DNA of 64,000 bases from Desulfosoma sp. (GTDB taxonomy: Bacteria; Desulfobacterota; Syntrophobacteria; Syntrophobacterales; DSM-9756), in assembly GCA_037481835.1 (NCBI GenBank), contig JBBFKW010000003.1, positions 64,001 through 128,000 on the forward strand. Reading direction: 5' to 3'. Under the pieces are notes generated by a model. It was not told the origin of the DNA. It searched no databases and worked only from the letters and a program-made list of their open reading frames with translations. Made by a program: the position numbers and the translations under genes. This document shows positions 18,870 to 29,179 of the stretch, piece after piece (positions within the stretch are counted from its first letter, which is position 1; every line of letters begins with the position of its first letter).

Positions 18870-20833
18870 CAGTACGCGAGACTACCCAGGGAACGCATGA
18901 TGAGCGTAAAACCCATGGCGAGCATGCCCATGAGGCCCATGCCGCATGAAAATCCGGCAAGGAGCACCGGGGCGTACTGGCGCCAGGCCAACCCGTACTT
19001 CTTGGAAAAGTAATAGCGGCCGAGGAAGGCCCCGATGATTTCCAGGAAGATGCCGTGAGGCGTGGACTGGCCCAGGCCTCGCACGATCCCGTAAATGAGC
19101 AGGATGGGCCAGTGGAAGAGGCTCAGGACGGCATAGACCACGGTGCCCAGCCCCAGGCCCCAGAGGACGTATTGGCCCTTCAGGGCTTCGAAGAAAGGGG
19201 AATAGCCTTCCAGAGTGGCGCTTTGCAGGAGCAGCGTGTTTAGCGCCTGCAGGTGCCAGAGTTCTTGGGCGTACGGGTACTGGCTCGACGGGATGGGGGC
19301 CAGTCTCCAGATGTATTGGGAGAACAGAAGGCTGGCGATCATGACCACCGGAAAGACCAAGATTTCCGCCTTGATGATGCTTCGAAAGCTCGTGCCCGTC
19401 AATTCGATTTCCCGCCAGCGCACCGTGGCCTTTCCGTAATTGTGAAAGGGGATGGGCGCATACCAAATGCCGATCCCATGGTAGCCGAAAAACTTGGACG
19501 CGGCGATGAAACTGGCTTCCCGCACCATGGGAAGACTCACGAACTGGCCCGTGATGCCCTCCATGCGCGCTGAGACGTAACTGATGAACGGCGTATACAC
19601 GAACCCGTAGGCCACGAGAAAGATCCACGGGAAGCCCGGCACGAGGATGGAACACAGGACCACATAGGCAAGGGTTGAAGCCACATAGATGGCGATGGCG
19701 ATCCACACGCTGAAATCGCCTCGACCCGGCGGCGGTTCGAAGAGCTTTTTCAGCCTCTCGCGAAGCGGTGCCATGGAATCAGAGCGCAGTCCTCGAAAAA
19801 CCTGGACGATGCCGATCACCGCGATGGCCAACCCGATGCCGATGCCGAAGCTCATGTAAAAGTCGAAATTATTGGCGAAAACCGTGTCCACCGTGCCCAT
19901 GCCCTTATGCCAGCGCTGCAGGATCCCGTGGTGGTACAAAACGGGATTGGCCGCCAAGGTGATGAGGAACCCGATGGCGCCACCCATGACGGCCCAGAAG
20001 GGCAACACCATGCCGATGAAGAGCAGGCCCAGGTCCAACTGAATGCCGGTGGCCACCGCCGGCAGAATGTCTTCCGTCACCGGGGTGAGCTCGATCCAGG
20101 GAATGGGAAGGAGCCGCACGGGTTCCGAGAGGATCACCCCGGAGGCGGCCGGAAGGAGGACGTAGATCGACCCGAAACACAACCCGATCATGCCGCCGAT
20201 GGAAAACAGCCGCCATTTCCAGCCCGTCTCCTTCTTTTCCGTGGATTCGGCCAGGGCCATGTTGCCCAAGGCCCCAACGGGCGCCATGGGAAAGGGGAGC
20301 TTTTCCACATCGGAGGTCAGCCGGTACAGGGCATAGCCCAAACCGAAATGATCCACGGCCTGGATGAGCTCAAAGCCCACCATGAGCAGAATGGGCACCA
20401 GCCAATCCCTGTGGAAGAAGGTCCTTTCGATGAGGGATTCGGACCCCGGCTGGGGCGCCACCCAGGAGGGGATGTACTGGGTGAGCCCGAGCATCCTGGC
20501 CGCTTCCGACTGCACCAGGTATTGGTTCCACAGAAGGCCGGAAAACGGCGAGGCCATGGCGGCTCCGGCCATGTAGTAAAGCACGAAAATTTCCTGCTGG
20601 TTCAGCCTCGTGTAGGCCCGTTTGGCCACTTCCGCAAAAAGGATAATCGTCACCCACCGCGCCGCCGGGCCGATCCCGGTGCCGATCACCAGCCCCAGGT
20701 ACATGGACCCGGGCATCATGAGAAAGCCGATGAAGATGGCTCCGATGACGGATTTCCATCCGAAGCCGTCGCGGAATTCTTCCGGGGGCTTCAGAAGATC
20801 CCGATATTCTTTAAGTTCCTTGTCCTCGATCAT
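18869..20833 (-). CDS. Polytopic membrane protein, OPT-like 'peptide transporter' family
   Basis: Start MIEDKEL at 20833; many hydrophobic segments; EKLPFP and APIPSSQYPY motifs; family call from recollection. Confidence 0.7.
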   Translation of the reverse strand: MIEDKELKEYRDLLKPPEEFRDGFGWKSVIGAIFIGFLMMPGSMYLGLVIGTGIGPAARWVTIILFAEVAKRAYTRLNQQEIFVLYYMAGAAMASPFSGLLWNQYLVQSEAARMLGLTQYIPSWVAPQPGSESLIERTFFHRDWLVPILLMVGFELIQAVDHFGLGYALYRLTSDVEKLPFPMAPVGALGNMALAESTEKKETGWKWRLFSIGGMIGLCFGSIYVLLPAASGVILSEPVRLLPIPWIELTPVTEDILPAVATGIQLDLGLLFIGMVLPFWAVMGGAIGFLITLAANPVLYHHGILQRWHKGMGTVDTVFANNFDFYMSFGIGIGLAIAVIGIVQVFRGLRSDSMAPLRERLKKLFEPPPGRGDFSVWIAIAIYVASTLAYVVLCSILVPGFPWIFLVAYGFVYTPFISYVSARMEGITGQFVSLPMVREASFIAASKFFGYHGIGIWYAPIPFHNYGKATVRWREIELTGTSFRSIIKAEILVFPVVMIASLLFSQYIWRLAPIPSSQYPYAQELWHLQALNTLLLQSATLEGYSPFFEALKGQYVLWGLGLGTVVYAVLSLFHWPILLIYGIVRGLGQSTPHGIFLEIIGAFLGRYYFSKKYGLAWRQYAPVLLAGFSCGMGLMGMLAMGFTLIMRSLGSLAY

Positions 20834-20874
20834 GGGACGTCTCCGCGTGCCGTTCCCTGCACCGCCCGAAGGAC

Positions 20875-22857
20875 CTACAAAGGAAGCACATGATAGCTGA
20901 TGGGCATGAACAGACCGACGATGAGCCACGCGACGGCCATGACCATGTCTCCCACGATGAGGCCGATGAAGAGCCGTCGCACTTCCTTGAAGCTCTGGAC
21001 GCCGCCGTAGCGCAGCACCAGGGTGTTGCACACCCATCCCACGAGAAAGCTGAACCACAAGATGCGCAATGCCGAACTGTACGTGGTGAGGTATCCGATG
21101 GGATGCAAGGGCCACCACAGAAAGCGCCGATACCCGAAGACCAAAAGCGCCATGACCGCAGCCCCCACCCCGGCGAAAACCATGCTCCACTTCTTGGGCT
21201 CTTCGGGATAGCGAAGCAGCTGCGCCACACCTTCATGAACCCGCCGGCTCGTTTCCACGGCCCAGTCGTCCGGAAGCATGCTGATGCCGTATTGAAAGCT
21301 CATAACGAGCATGGCCGCACCCGAAACGATGACGCCCAAAACAATGGCGGCAAGAATGCCGAACAAAAAGCGCCGCCGCGTGCGGAGCCCCTCCGCCGCC
21401 TTGGACGCATGAAAAAGGGACGGCATCAAGGATTCCCGCACGTCCACGAACGCCACCTTTTGAATGACGAGCGCCATGGCCAGGGTCAGGGGCGCAAGGG
21501 TCTTCGTTGCCGTCATGGACAAAAAACCGTCGGACGGGGCGGCCGTAAGGGTGAAGTAGGGCAGGCCGCCCTGGCAGATAAGACGGGCGGTCACCACGTG
21601 GAGCATGAAGCAGACGCCGAGGAAAAACGCCGCCGCGACGGGATCCATGCCGAAGGAGATCATCCACACGACGGCTCCCAGTCCTCCGCCGAGAAAAAGG
21701 ACCATGGATGTCCTGGGATGCAGGAGGCTCTTGGGAGGCTCCTCTCCTGACGCATTCCGCCCGGTGAAGCTCACGAGCACTTCCTTCAGGTGGTACCGGG
21801 CGAGCCACACAATGAAGAAGAAAAACACGGCGAAGGCGCCGATCATCTGCATTTCTTCCACCCGGGCGAGCACCGGGCCGAAGGTGGTCCCCAGGGCCGC
21901 CGACGGAAGCTTCCATCCCACGAGCTGCAGAAGTCCCGGCAGGAGGCCCCCCAGCAGGAAGAAAAACCACAGGCTGAAGGAGACCTGTTTGGACGTGAGG
22001 TACGCAAACCCGATGAAGGCGGGATAAAGGTAGATTTTGACCTTGGCGAAGCCCGAAAGGAGCCCTTCCCGCGGGATGTAGGGCTGTGCCAGAAACAAGA
22101 CGGGAATCTGGGGCACCTGGGGGTAATAGGTATGCAGCCCGTTCAACAGATGAAGCAGTACGGGGATGGAAAATCCGATGAGGAAAGTCTTTCGCGCGAA
22201 ATAACGGCCAAGGGCCCCCTTTTCGGATTCTTGGCCGATTTCCATGGGCACCCGAAGGAGCGGGAAATTCATCTTTTCGTTTTCGATCCACTGGTGGCTG
22301 AAAAGCCCGGTGAGGCCCAAAAAGGCCGCGTACACGCAGACGATGAAAACACCCCACAGGCTCAGGGGCGCGACCCAAATGGACCACGGAATCCGCGAGA
22401 GGACTTCGTACCAGGCGAGGTTCCGACCGCCTTCCAAACCACGGTACAGAAGCTGCACCGTTTCGGTGTCCTTGGGAAAGAGCCCGTCGGGCAGGAGCTC
22501 AAGGAGAGCCTTGCCTGCCGGGTGGCCCGTGGCCGTAAGCCAGGCCGGCGTGGAGATGTTGATGAGAAACGTGCGGAAAAGGCCCGTATAAGCGATTCCC
22601 GTGGACACGGTGACCATGGCCCACAGGAGTAGAAGTTCATGGGCGGCCAAGGCGGCTCGAGGACTGATTTTTCGGGCCACGGGGTTGTACAGCACGGCGA
22701 AAAGCAGCAGCACGGCGAAAGAGGTCAGGGGGAAATGTCCGCCCGCAAGGGGGCTGTTTTGAAGCCGCACGTTGTTGTACGGAGTCAGCGCGCAGAAGAG
22801 AACCGACAGGAGAATGCCGACTCCCACAACGCCCCAGCGCAGTTTTCGTCCATGCAT
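20875..22857 (-). CDS. Polytopic membrane protein, DUF6785/DUF6784-like
   Basis: QWIENEKMNFPL, NGLHTYYP, WWPLHPIGY, LRYGG; many TM helices. Confidence 0.7.
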   Translation of the reverse strand: MHGRKLRWGVVGVGILLSVLFCALTPYNNVRLQNSPLAGGHFPLTSFAVLLLFAVLYNPVARKISPRAALAAHELLLLWAMVTVSTGIAYTGLFRTFLINISTPAWLTATGHPAGKALLELLPDGLFPKDTETVQLLYRGLEGGRNLAWYEVLSRIPWSIWVAPLSLWGVFIVCVYAAFLGLTGLFSHQWIENEKMNFPLLRVPMEIGQESEKGALGRYFARKTFLIGFSIPVLLHLLNGLHTYYPQVPQIPVLFLAQPYIPREGLLSGFAKVKIYLYPAFIGFAYLTSKQVSFSLWFFFLLGGLLPGLLQLVGWKLPSAALGTTFGPVLARVEEMQMIGAFAVFFFFIVWLARYHLKEVLVSFTGRNASGEEPPKSLLHPRTSMVLFLGGGLGAVVWMISFGMDPVAAAFFLGVCFMLHVVTARLICQGGLPYFTLTAAPSDGFLSMTATKTLAPLTLAMALVIQKVAFVDVRESLMPSLFHASKAAEGLRTRRRFLFGILAAIVLGVIVSGAAMLVMSFQYGISMLPDDWAVETSRRVHEGVAQLLRYPEEPKKWSMVFAGVGAAVMALLVFGYRRFLWWPLHPIGYLTTYSSALRILWFSFLVGWVCNTLVLRYGGVQSFKEVRRLFIGLIVGDMVMAVAWLIVGLFMPISYHVLPL

Positions 22858-22860
22858 GGC

Positions 22861-25800
22861 CTATCCTTGCCCTGTGAAGGAAGCCGGCACGGGAGCGGGT
22901 GCCGCTTCGGGGCCGAGGGGTGCGGCCCAGCGGGTGTAAAGGGCCTTGGTGTTCGCGTCCAGGAGCCGCCACAAAAGCATCTGCTTGCGCATGACCTTGA
23001 TGAAATTGCGGTTGGCGCGCTGCCATGCCGTGCGTTCCCCGGAAAGGCGGATCATCTGCAGCGCCACTTCCATGTAGCCGGGATCGTCCGCCGACGGGCA
23101 GCAGTGCAGATGGAGCCTCTGCTTGATGCCGAAATCGAAGGGGGCCAGCCACACGTTGGCGTAGAGCCACATGCAGACCGGTTCGGGAAGGTGCGTGCCG
23201 TCGCTTTCCGGGGCGGCCGGGGCGAGGTGCACGTCGTCCACGATGAAGGGCCCTTGAGCCACATCCTGGTGATCCCGGATGAAAGCGCTCAGAAAGGCCA
23301 TGATCCCCGGTTCTTCTTCGGGCTTGAGAAGGAAGGGCAGATGGAGTTCCAGGAGATCCCCTTGGGCCTTGGGCACGGTCCAGGTGCGGGTCACATCGGG
23401 CATGGCCAAGGCGGCGGCCACGCGCGCCGGATACAAGGACGCCAAGAGCACCACGGAAAAGACGAGGACCATGCACGCCACGCTGGCCAGGGAGGAGTAG
23501 TTGAAGGTAAGTTCGGAAAAGAGCTGGGTTTTTCCCAAGAAGTGGGCTGTGAGCTGGGCGAGGATGTAGCCGATGACCGTGGAAAGGACCGCTAGGGAGA
23601 GGGCTTCCACGATGAACAAGAATCCCACGTGGTTGGGGGCGAGGCCTACGGAGGTGTAGACGCCGATTTCCGATTTGCGCTCATGAACATGGCCGATCAT
23701 GGTGTTTAGGCAGATGAAAACCACGATGAGCATGGGCACGAGCAGATTGGCCACTCCTTGGTAGCGCAGGGTCTTGGCCGCCGAATGAAAATACGTGACG
23801 TCGGCTCCGACGTAGAGGGGGTAGGTGAGCCTGCGGGAAAGGTCGTCGGCGATGTCCAAGGCCGTTTCGGACGTGTCGGTAATGAGCGCGACCGCCCGCA
23901 ACGTGCCTCCCAAGGAAAGGCACGTGTGGTGCGGAATCAGAACGACGGCATCGCCCGCCGCCGAGCGGAACCGTTCGACCATGGGCCCGACGGCCTCCCC
24001 GGCTTGCATGGCTTCCGCTTCGGCCTCGGAAAGGTCTTCGTCCGGGGAAATTTCTAAGTAAGCGGGTTTGACGGAGGTGCCGTCCAGGTCGGTAAAAGTT
24101 TCCAGGTGGTTCGGATCGAAAAAACCGATGACGGTCAAGGGGACTTCCCACAAATGGACGACCGCCCCCACGTCCCGGGTGGGCTCCAGACCCAGCTTTC
24201 GTGCCAAACTCGTGGGAAGGAGCACCGCCCGGCCGTCTTCTTCGGTGAACCACCGGCCCGCTGTGACGATCTTTTTCAGGGCCTCTGGCGCATGGGGGCC
24301 GACCCCGAGGACCCCTTCCACGGGGACCACCTCGTTACGGGCGGCGACGGATGCGACGGCCCGAAGGGATGGATGAGAGGGGTCGATCCAGGAACGGGGC
24401 CACAGCACGGCCCGATTCCCGTAGCGTGCCGCAAGACTTTCCAAGGAGACGGACGTCAGAGGCCTCCACAGATGATGGTGCAGAAGCACCCCCACGTAGG
24501 CCGGGGTTTCCCCTACCCGGGTCATGGTCGTCTTCGTTAGGCTCCGGACGTTGGTAAACGACATGATGGTGAAGGTGAGGATGATCAGGGTCACCGAAGT
24601 GAGTGCCGTGCGAAGGCGCCTTCGATTCAGGTTGGAGGCTCCGATGGCGAACCCGGCCCCGAAGGCCTGCCACTTGTTGACACTTTCCTTGGCCGCCGCC
24701 GGAGAGCCGCCGCCCGCCGACGTCCCTCCCATTTCTTGTTCGAATCGCATGAAGAGGATCCAGGATACCAAGACGCTCAGCGCCACGATAAAAAAGGCGA
24801 TGATGACCACCATGGGGTTGTAGGTCAGGCGGAAAGCCGGGTGCAGGGCGCGGATGGTGAGGATGGTGGCGATGAGAAGCAGGAAAAAGGCCGTGATCTG
24901 CTTGTAGATGTTTCGAAAGCAGAAGAGATAGCGTTCCAGGCAGTAAGCGAAAGGCACAAAGAGGGCGATGAAGAACATGACCCCGCCCAAGACGTCCCTT
25001 TGGGTGTTTTCGATTTCGTTGTAGACGGAATTGAGTTTGGCCCAGGCGGACACGGTCCTGTCCCAGGCGAGGCTGTGGCGCAGGGCGGTTTCATCCTCGC
25101 GCGCCCGCTCCCGCTCTTCCAAGGCGTCCCGGTACAGGTTTTCCAAATAGCGGTTACTGATGCCATGGGCGATGAGATTTTTCAGGCGCTCGCCCACCAA
25201 GTGGACCAGATCTTCCACGACCCGCTCAGGGGTTCGCGTGATCACGGAAGGCTCCCCGATAGCGTAGCCCAAGCCCATGGGGTTTTCGGCATCGCCTTTG
25301 ATGAGCAGGAATTCCTTGCGCAGCAGCGTGTCGGAAAGGATGACCTTGAATCGGGCGCCCCTTTCCAAAAACAGGGACACGGCGAAAGTGTCCCGGCCGT
25401 CCACGCGGCTGTACCAATACCGCAATGGACGCGCTCCCGTAACCCCGTCCAACACGGTGATCTTGGTCAGGTAATCCAGGCGCTGGGGGTCCAAGACGCC
25501 CACGATGTCCGTCTGCCGGCAGGGAAACATGACCAGCGTCGTGGAAGCGATGCGCCCCTTGATGTTCAGGCGGTAACTATCCTTGGAGGTCTGCACCTTG
25601 TCGGCGACCCAGCGGATCTTTCCCGTTTCGGGATCGACCCCATAGGGTTCCAGGATGAGCTTTTGGAAGGCGACCCGCTTGTTGGCCACCGCCGGGATGA
25701 AAAAGGAGCCGTCGCGAAAGGTCATGGCCCGAACGAGGGAATTGCCTTGCAAAGCGCAGACAATGGTTCCCGGAGCCGGCTTGTCCGGGAAGAGTTCCCC

Positions 25801-27645
25801 TTGCCGGATGAACATGGCGCGGCCTTCCACCGACGCCAGGCCTTCAAAGCCCATCCGGCAGCTTTCCTTGAGTTTGGGATGGCCGAGGACCTTGGCCAAA
25901 ATGGCGGGGAAGGCGTCTTGGTAGGCTCTGACGCCGTCCCAATCCATCCGGGTCTTGACGTCTTCGGGCGTTTCCCAGAGGGTGCGCCGGTTGTTGGCCC
26001 CGGTGAGGGCGAAAGACGGACAGCCGGTCAAGGCGCCGATATCGCACGCCATGCAGTGGGGCCCTTGGCTTTCCACGGCGCGGGGTGCCGTGTCCGCACC
26101 ATGGCGGGCCGTTTTTTCAAAAAGAGGGGCCCGTCCCGTGTGCCGGGCCACCTCTTCCGCCGCCTGGCGGAAAAAATCGGCCAGAGCCACATTGCGAACG
26201 AGCCGGTACACCTGCTCGCGCAAGGGAAAGGTGCCACCCCATTCGCTGAGGGTGACCCAGCGGGAGTGGGACGACAGGGACAGGCCGATGTGGAGCACCC
26301 TTTCGAAATCGTCCGCCAGGGAGCGCAAATCCCCCCACGATTTGACGGCCTTCAGCCGGGCTTGGGTTTCCGCGCGTTCCTTTTGCAGGTCTCCGAGCCC
26401 CGAGCGGATGAGATCCACGGCCAAAGCGCGTTCCTCCGGCCCCAGTTCCTCGGGCGATTCCTTCCAGCTTAGGCGCCGATACACCAGCGCCTGCGCCGCC
26501 AGGGCCTTTTCATGGGGGGCCTCGCGGCTCAAACGATCCGCTTCGTCCTTGGCCCGTTCCACGACATGGGACCACACTCGGGACAGGGCGCGTGGATCCT
26601 CGGGGTCGGGCTGCATGGGGTCGGGTCGGGAAAGGAGCCCGAGGAGTTCCTGCAGGTCTTTTTGTCTGTCCGAAAGGGTGCGCTGTTCTTGCCGGAGGGT
26701 GCGCCGAGGTGCTTCCAAAGCCCACAGGAAATGGCGCGTGCCCGAAAGGCCCTGGCCGTGGCCGGATACCGCCGCAAGAAGAACGCTTCGCGCCGGCGGA
26801 TCGGCCGCCAGGACCTCGGCCAGATGGACCAGCACGGCCGCCGAAAGAGCCTGGTCGGCGCCCGGAGCCAACCCGACCACGTGGGATGCCGCATCGTATG
26901 GCGCTTCGATAATGACGAGTTCTTTGGCGAGATCCGGCGAGGATCCCGGAATCAGCCCGTAGACGTTGTGCGCCGTTCGGTGTTCCCAGTGGCTGCGAAC
27001 GTATGCGTGCGCCCGCGCGTTTCGGGATGCGGCCCGGCGCAGGGCCGCGCCCACTTCGGGCGGAACGTAAAACCTCGGAAAATCCAAAGGGGTCGGGATG
27101 TCCTTCACGGCGAAGTCGTCCCGGCTGTCTTCCGCCCCGCCGAGGAAGATGACGGCCTTGGCCCCCATCTGGGCGGCGAACCACCAGTTTTCCCCGGAAG
27201 AGACGTCCATGAGCACGAGAGCGTCTTGGATGGTGTGCCCGTCGAATCGGTGCAACGCCCCGTCCCCGACGTCCACCAAGGGACCTTCAAGGCCCGAAGG
27301 CGGCGTTTGAGACAGCATGGCCATGTTGGGAGCCCAGGGAAAGAGGGGGTAGGTTTCCGATCCCACGGTGATCCTCCCCTCGTCCAAAACGGGAACGGGC
27401 ACAAAGAAAGCCTGGCGGCCGACGGGTTTGAGGCCCGCACGTTCAAAGGCTTGGGCGATGTAGTCGGCGGCGGCCTCGCAGCCCGGAGATCCTGTGGAAC
27501 GGTCGGTGGTTTGGGTGAGGGCTTCCAGGTGGCGAAAGAGGGGGTCTTCCGCCCGGGCGACGGCGCATGCGGAAAAAACGCCCATGAGGACGGCGAGAAG
27601 GACGGCGGAAACCCGAAATGTGCGGCGTCGTGCCTTCATGTTCAC
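22861..27645 (-). CDS. Giant FtsX/MacB-type ABC permease fused to an N-terminal degenerate M28 peptidase/PA domain
   Basis: Signal peptide; RSTGSPG, NVYGLIPG, APYD, APGAD; C-terminal NLNRRRLRTALT, ERKSEIGVYTSVGL, LYPARVAA permease motifs. Confidence 0.8.
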   Translation of the reverse strand: MNMKARRRTFRVSAVLLAVLMGVFSACAVARAEDPLFRHLEALTQTTDRSTGSPGCEAAADYIAQAFERAGLKPVGRQAFFVPVPVLDEGRITVGSETYPLFPWAPNMAMLSQTPPSGLEGPLVDVGDGALHRFDGHTIQDALVLMDVSSGENWWFAAQMGAKAVIFLGGAEDSRDDFAVKDIPTPLDFPRFYVPPEVGAALRRAASRNARAHAYVRSHWEHRTAHNVYGLIPGSSPDLAKELVIIEAPYDAASHVVGLAPGADQALSAAVLVHLAEVLAADPPARSVLLAAVSGHGQGLSGTRHFLWALEAPRRTLRQEQRTLSDRQKDLQELLGLLSRPDPMQPDPEDPRALSRVWSHVVERAKDEADRLSREAPHEKALAAQALVYRRLSWKESPEELGPEERALAVDLIRSGLGDLQKERAETQARLKAVKSWGDLRSLADDFERVLHIGLSLSSHSRWVTLSEWGGTFPLREQVYRLVRNVALADFFRQAAEEVARHTGRAPLFEKTARHGADTAPRAVESQGPHCMACDIGALTGCPSFALTGANNRRTLWETPEDVKTRMDWDGVRAYQDAFPAILAKVLGHPKLKESCRMGFEGLASVEGRAMFIRQGELFPDKPAPGTIVCALQGNSLVRAMTFRDGSFFIPAVANKRVAFQKLILEPYGVDPETGKIRWVADKVQTSKDSYRLNIKGRIASTTLVMFPCRQTDIVGVLDPQRLDYLTKITVLDGVTGARPLRYWYSRVDGRDTFAVSLFLERGARFKVILSDTLLRKEFLLIKGDAENPMGLGYAIGEPSVITRTPERVVEDLVHLVGERLKNLIAHGISNRYLENLYRDALEERERAREDETALRHSLAWDRTVSAWAKLNSVYNEIENTQRDVLGGVMFFIALFVPFAYCLERYLFCFRNIYKQITAFFLLLIATILTIRALHPAFRLTYNPMVVIIAFFIVALSVLVSWILFMRFEQEMGGTSAGGGSPAAAKESVNKWQAFGAGFAIGASNLNRRRLRTALTSVTLIILTFTIMSFTNVRSLTKTTMTRVGETPAYVGVLLHHHLWRPLTSVSLESLAARYGNRAVLWPRSWIDPSHPSLRAVASVAARNEVVPVEGVLGVGPHAPEALKKIVTAGRWFTEEDGRAVLLPTSLARKLGLEPTRDVGAVVHLWEVPLTVIGFFDPNHLETFTDLDGTSVKPAYLEISPDEDLSEAEAEAMQAGEAVGPMVERFRSAAGDAVVLIPHHTCLSLGGTLRAVALITDTSETALDIADDLSRRLTYPLYVGADVTYFHSAAKTLRYQGVANLLVPMLIVVFICLNTMIGHVHERKSEIGVYTSVGLAPNHVGFLFIVEALSLAVLSTVIGYILAQLTAHFLGKTQLFSELTFNYSSLASVACMVLVFSVVLLASLYPARVAAALAMPDVTRTWTVPKAQGDLLELHLPFLLKPEEEPGIMAFLSAFIRDHQDVAQGPFIVDDVHLAPAAPESDGTHLPEPVCMWLYANVWLAPFDFGIKQRLHLHCCPSADDPGYMEVALQMIRLSGERTAWQRANRNFIKVMRKQMLLWRLLDANTKALYTRWAAPLGPEAAPAPVPASFTGQG

Positions 27646-27726
27646 CCGGAGAATGTCTTTGTGCCCTCTTCACAAGGGCTTTGATTTACGGGCTGAGGGC
27701 CGAAACCCGCTCTGCGGCGATAAGCC

Positions 27727-28461
27727 CTAAAGGACCTGGCCTATGGAAACCTGGAGCTTTTCCCGATCCTCGATGCGGTCGATGCGGCCGTCCCGAATCC
27801 AGACGACGCGGTCCGACACGTTGATCATCTTGATGTCGTGTGTGGCCGAAATGATCGTAACACCCCGCTCTTGGGACAGTTCCTTGAGAAGCGAAATGAT
27901 TTCTTCCCCGGTGCTCAAATCCAGGTTTCCCGTGGGTTCGTCGGCCAGGATGATGGCCGGATCGTTGGCCAGGGCCCGGGCGACAGCCACCCGCTGCTGC
28001 TGGCCGCCGGAAAGTTCGGCCGGCTTGTGCTGAAAGCGCTCCGCCAGTCCCACGAGCCTGAGCAGTTCCATGCCCTTGTCCATGTACTCGTCGCGGCCCA
28101 TGCCGGCGAAGATCATGGGCAGCGTCACGTTTTCGATGGCGGTCATGACCTGAATGAGGTTGAAGGTCTGGAAGATGTAGCCGATCTTTCGGCACCGAAG
28201 CCATGCCAATTCATAGGCGTCCAGTTGGGCCACGTCCACTTCGTCAATGAAGACGCGGCCGGAGGTGGGCTTGTCCAGAGCGCCGATCATGTTAAACAAA
28301 GTGGATTTTCCCGATCCGGACGGGCCCATGATGGACATGTATTCGCCAGCCTTGATTTCCAAGGTCACCCCGCGGAGGGCATGGACCTCTTCCTGCCCCA
28401 TGCGGAAGACCTTGGTCACGTCCACCAGCCGAACCACATTGTGCGCGCCGTTTCCGCTCAT
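27727..28461 (-). CDS. ABC transporter ATP-binding protein (LolD/MacB-like)
   Basis: GPSGSGKS, LSGGQQQRVA, LADEPTGNLD, ATHD. Confidence 0.95.
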   Translation of the reverse strand: MSGNGAHNVVRLVDVTKVFRMGQEEVHALRGVTLEIKAGEYMSIMGPSGSGKSTLFNMIGALDKPTSGRVFIDEVDVAQLDAYELAWLRCRKIGYIFQTFNLIQVMTAIENVTLPMIFAGMGRDEYMDKGMELLRLVGLAERFQHKPAELSGGQQQRVAVARALANDPAIILADEPTGNLDLSTGEEIISLLKELSQERGVTIISATHDIKMINVSDRVVWIRDGRIDRIEDREKLQVSIGQVL

Positions 28462-28466
28462 AGGGG

Positions 28467-29123
28467 CTAAGGCTCCGATCTCAAGGCGATGGCCGGTTGC
28501 ATCCGAGCCGCAACCCAGGCCGGGTACATGACGCCGATGAGGCTTAGGGCGACCGCCAGGGCCGACGATTTAACCAGCAGGGCGCCGAGGCCGATCGCCG
28601 GAAGGTGGGTGATAATGGGGGCGCCGAAGCGCGCCCACAGGGTCACGACGGCCGTACCCACTCCCAAGACGCTTCCTGCCGCACCGCCCAGGACGCCCTG
28701 ATAGGCGGCCTCCAACACGAAGAGCTTGATGACGAAACTGTCCAAGGCGCCCAAGCATTTCAAAGTGCCGATTTCCCGGAAACGCTCCGTTACGGCCATG
28801 AGCTGGGCGTTGACGATGCCGACGGCGCAGACCAGCAGGGAAAGCACCACGAGCCATCGGTCCTTGGCTGTGCTGCCGAAGTGGCCGTCCTGGGGAGTAA
28901 AGCCGGCCGAAAGGATCTTGTCCTGCAAAGCGGGCTCGGCCGCCGGCCACACCCCTTCCAGGACGGCATAAACGGCGAAGGTGTAGGAAAGAAAGGCGAC
29001 GGCGAGGACGAGCGTGCTCGTTGTGATCATGGAGCGAAAGAAGCGCGCCCGCAGGGCGTTGAAGGAAATGCGGATCACCTGGGACCATGGGAGGACGATC
29101 TGTCGGTCGATGCTCTTGGCCAT
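28467..29123 (-). CDS. Small FtsX-family ABC permease
   Basis: AVTERFREIGTLKCLGA, YPAWVAARMQP. Confidence 0.88.
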   Translation of the reverse strand: MAKSIDRQIVLPWSQVIRISFNALRARFFRSMITTSTLVLAVAFLSYTFAVYAVLEGVWPAAEPALQDKILSAGFTPQDGHFGSTAKDRWLVVLSLLVCAVGIVNAQLMAVTERFREIGTLKCLGALDSFVIKLFVLEAAYQGVLGGAAGSVLGVGTAVVTLWARFGAPIITHLPAIGLGALLVKSSALAVALSLIGVMYPAWVAARMQPAIALRSEP

Positions 29124-29179
29124 TTATCCGTCACTCGCGGGGCTGCGGACCAAGGACGAAGAAACCCGTGGCCTTTTCT

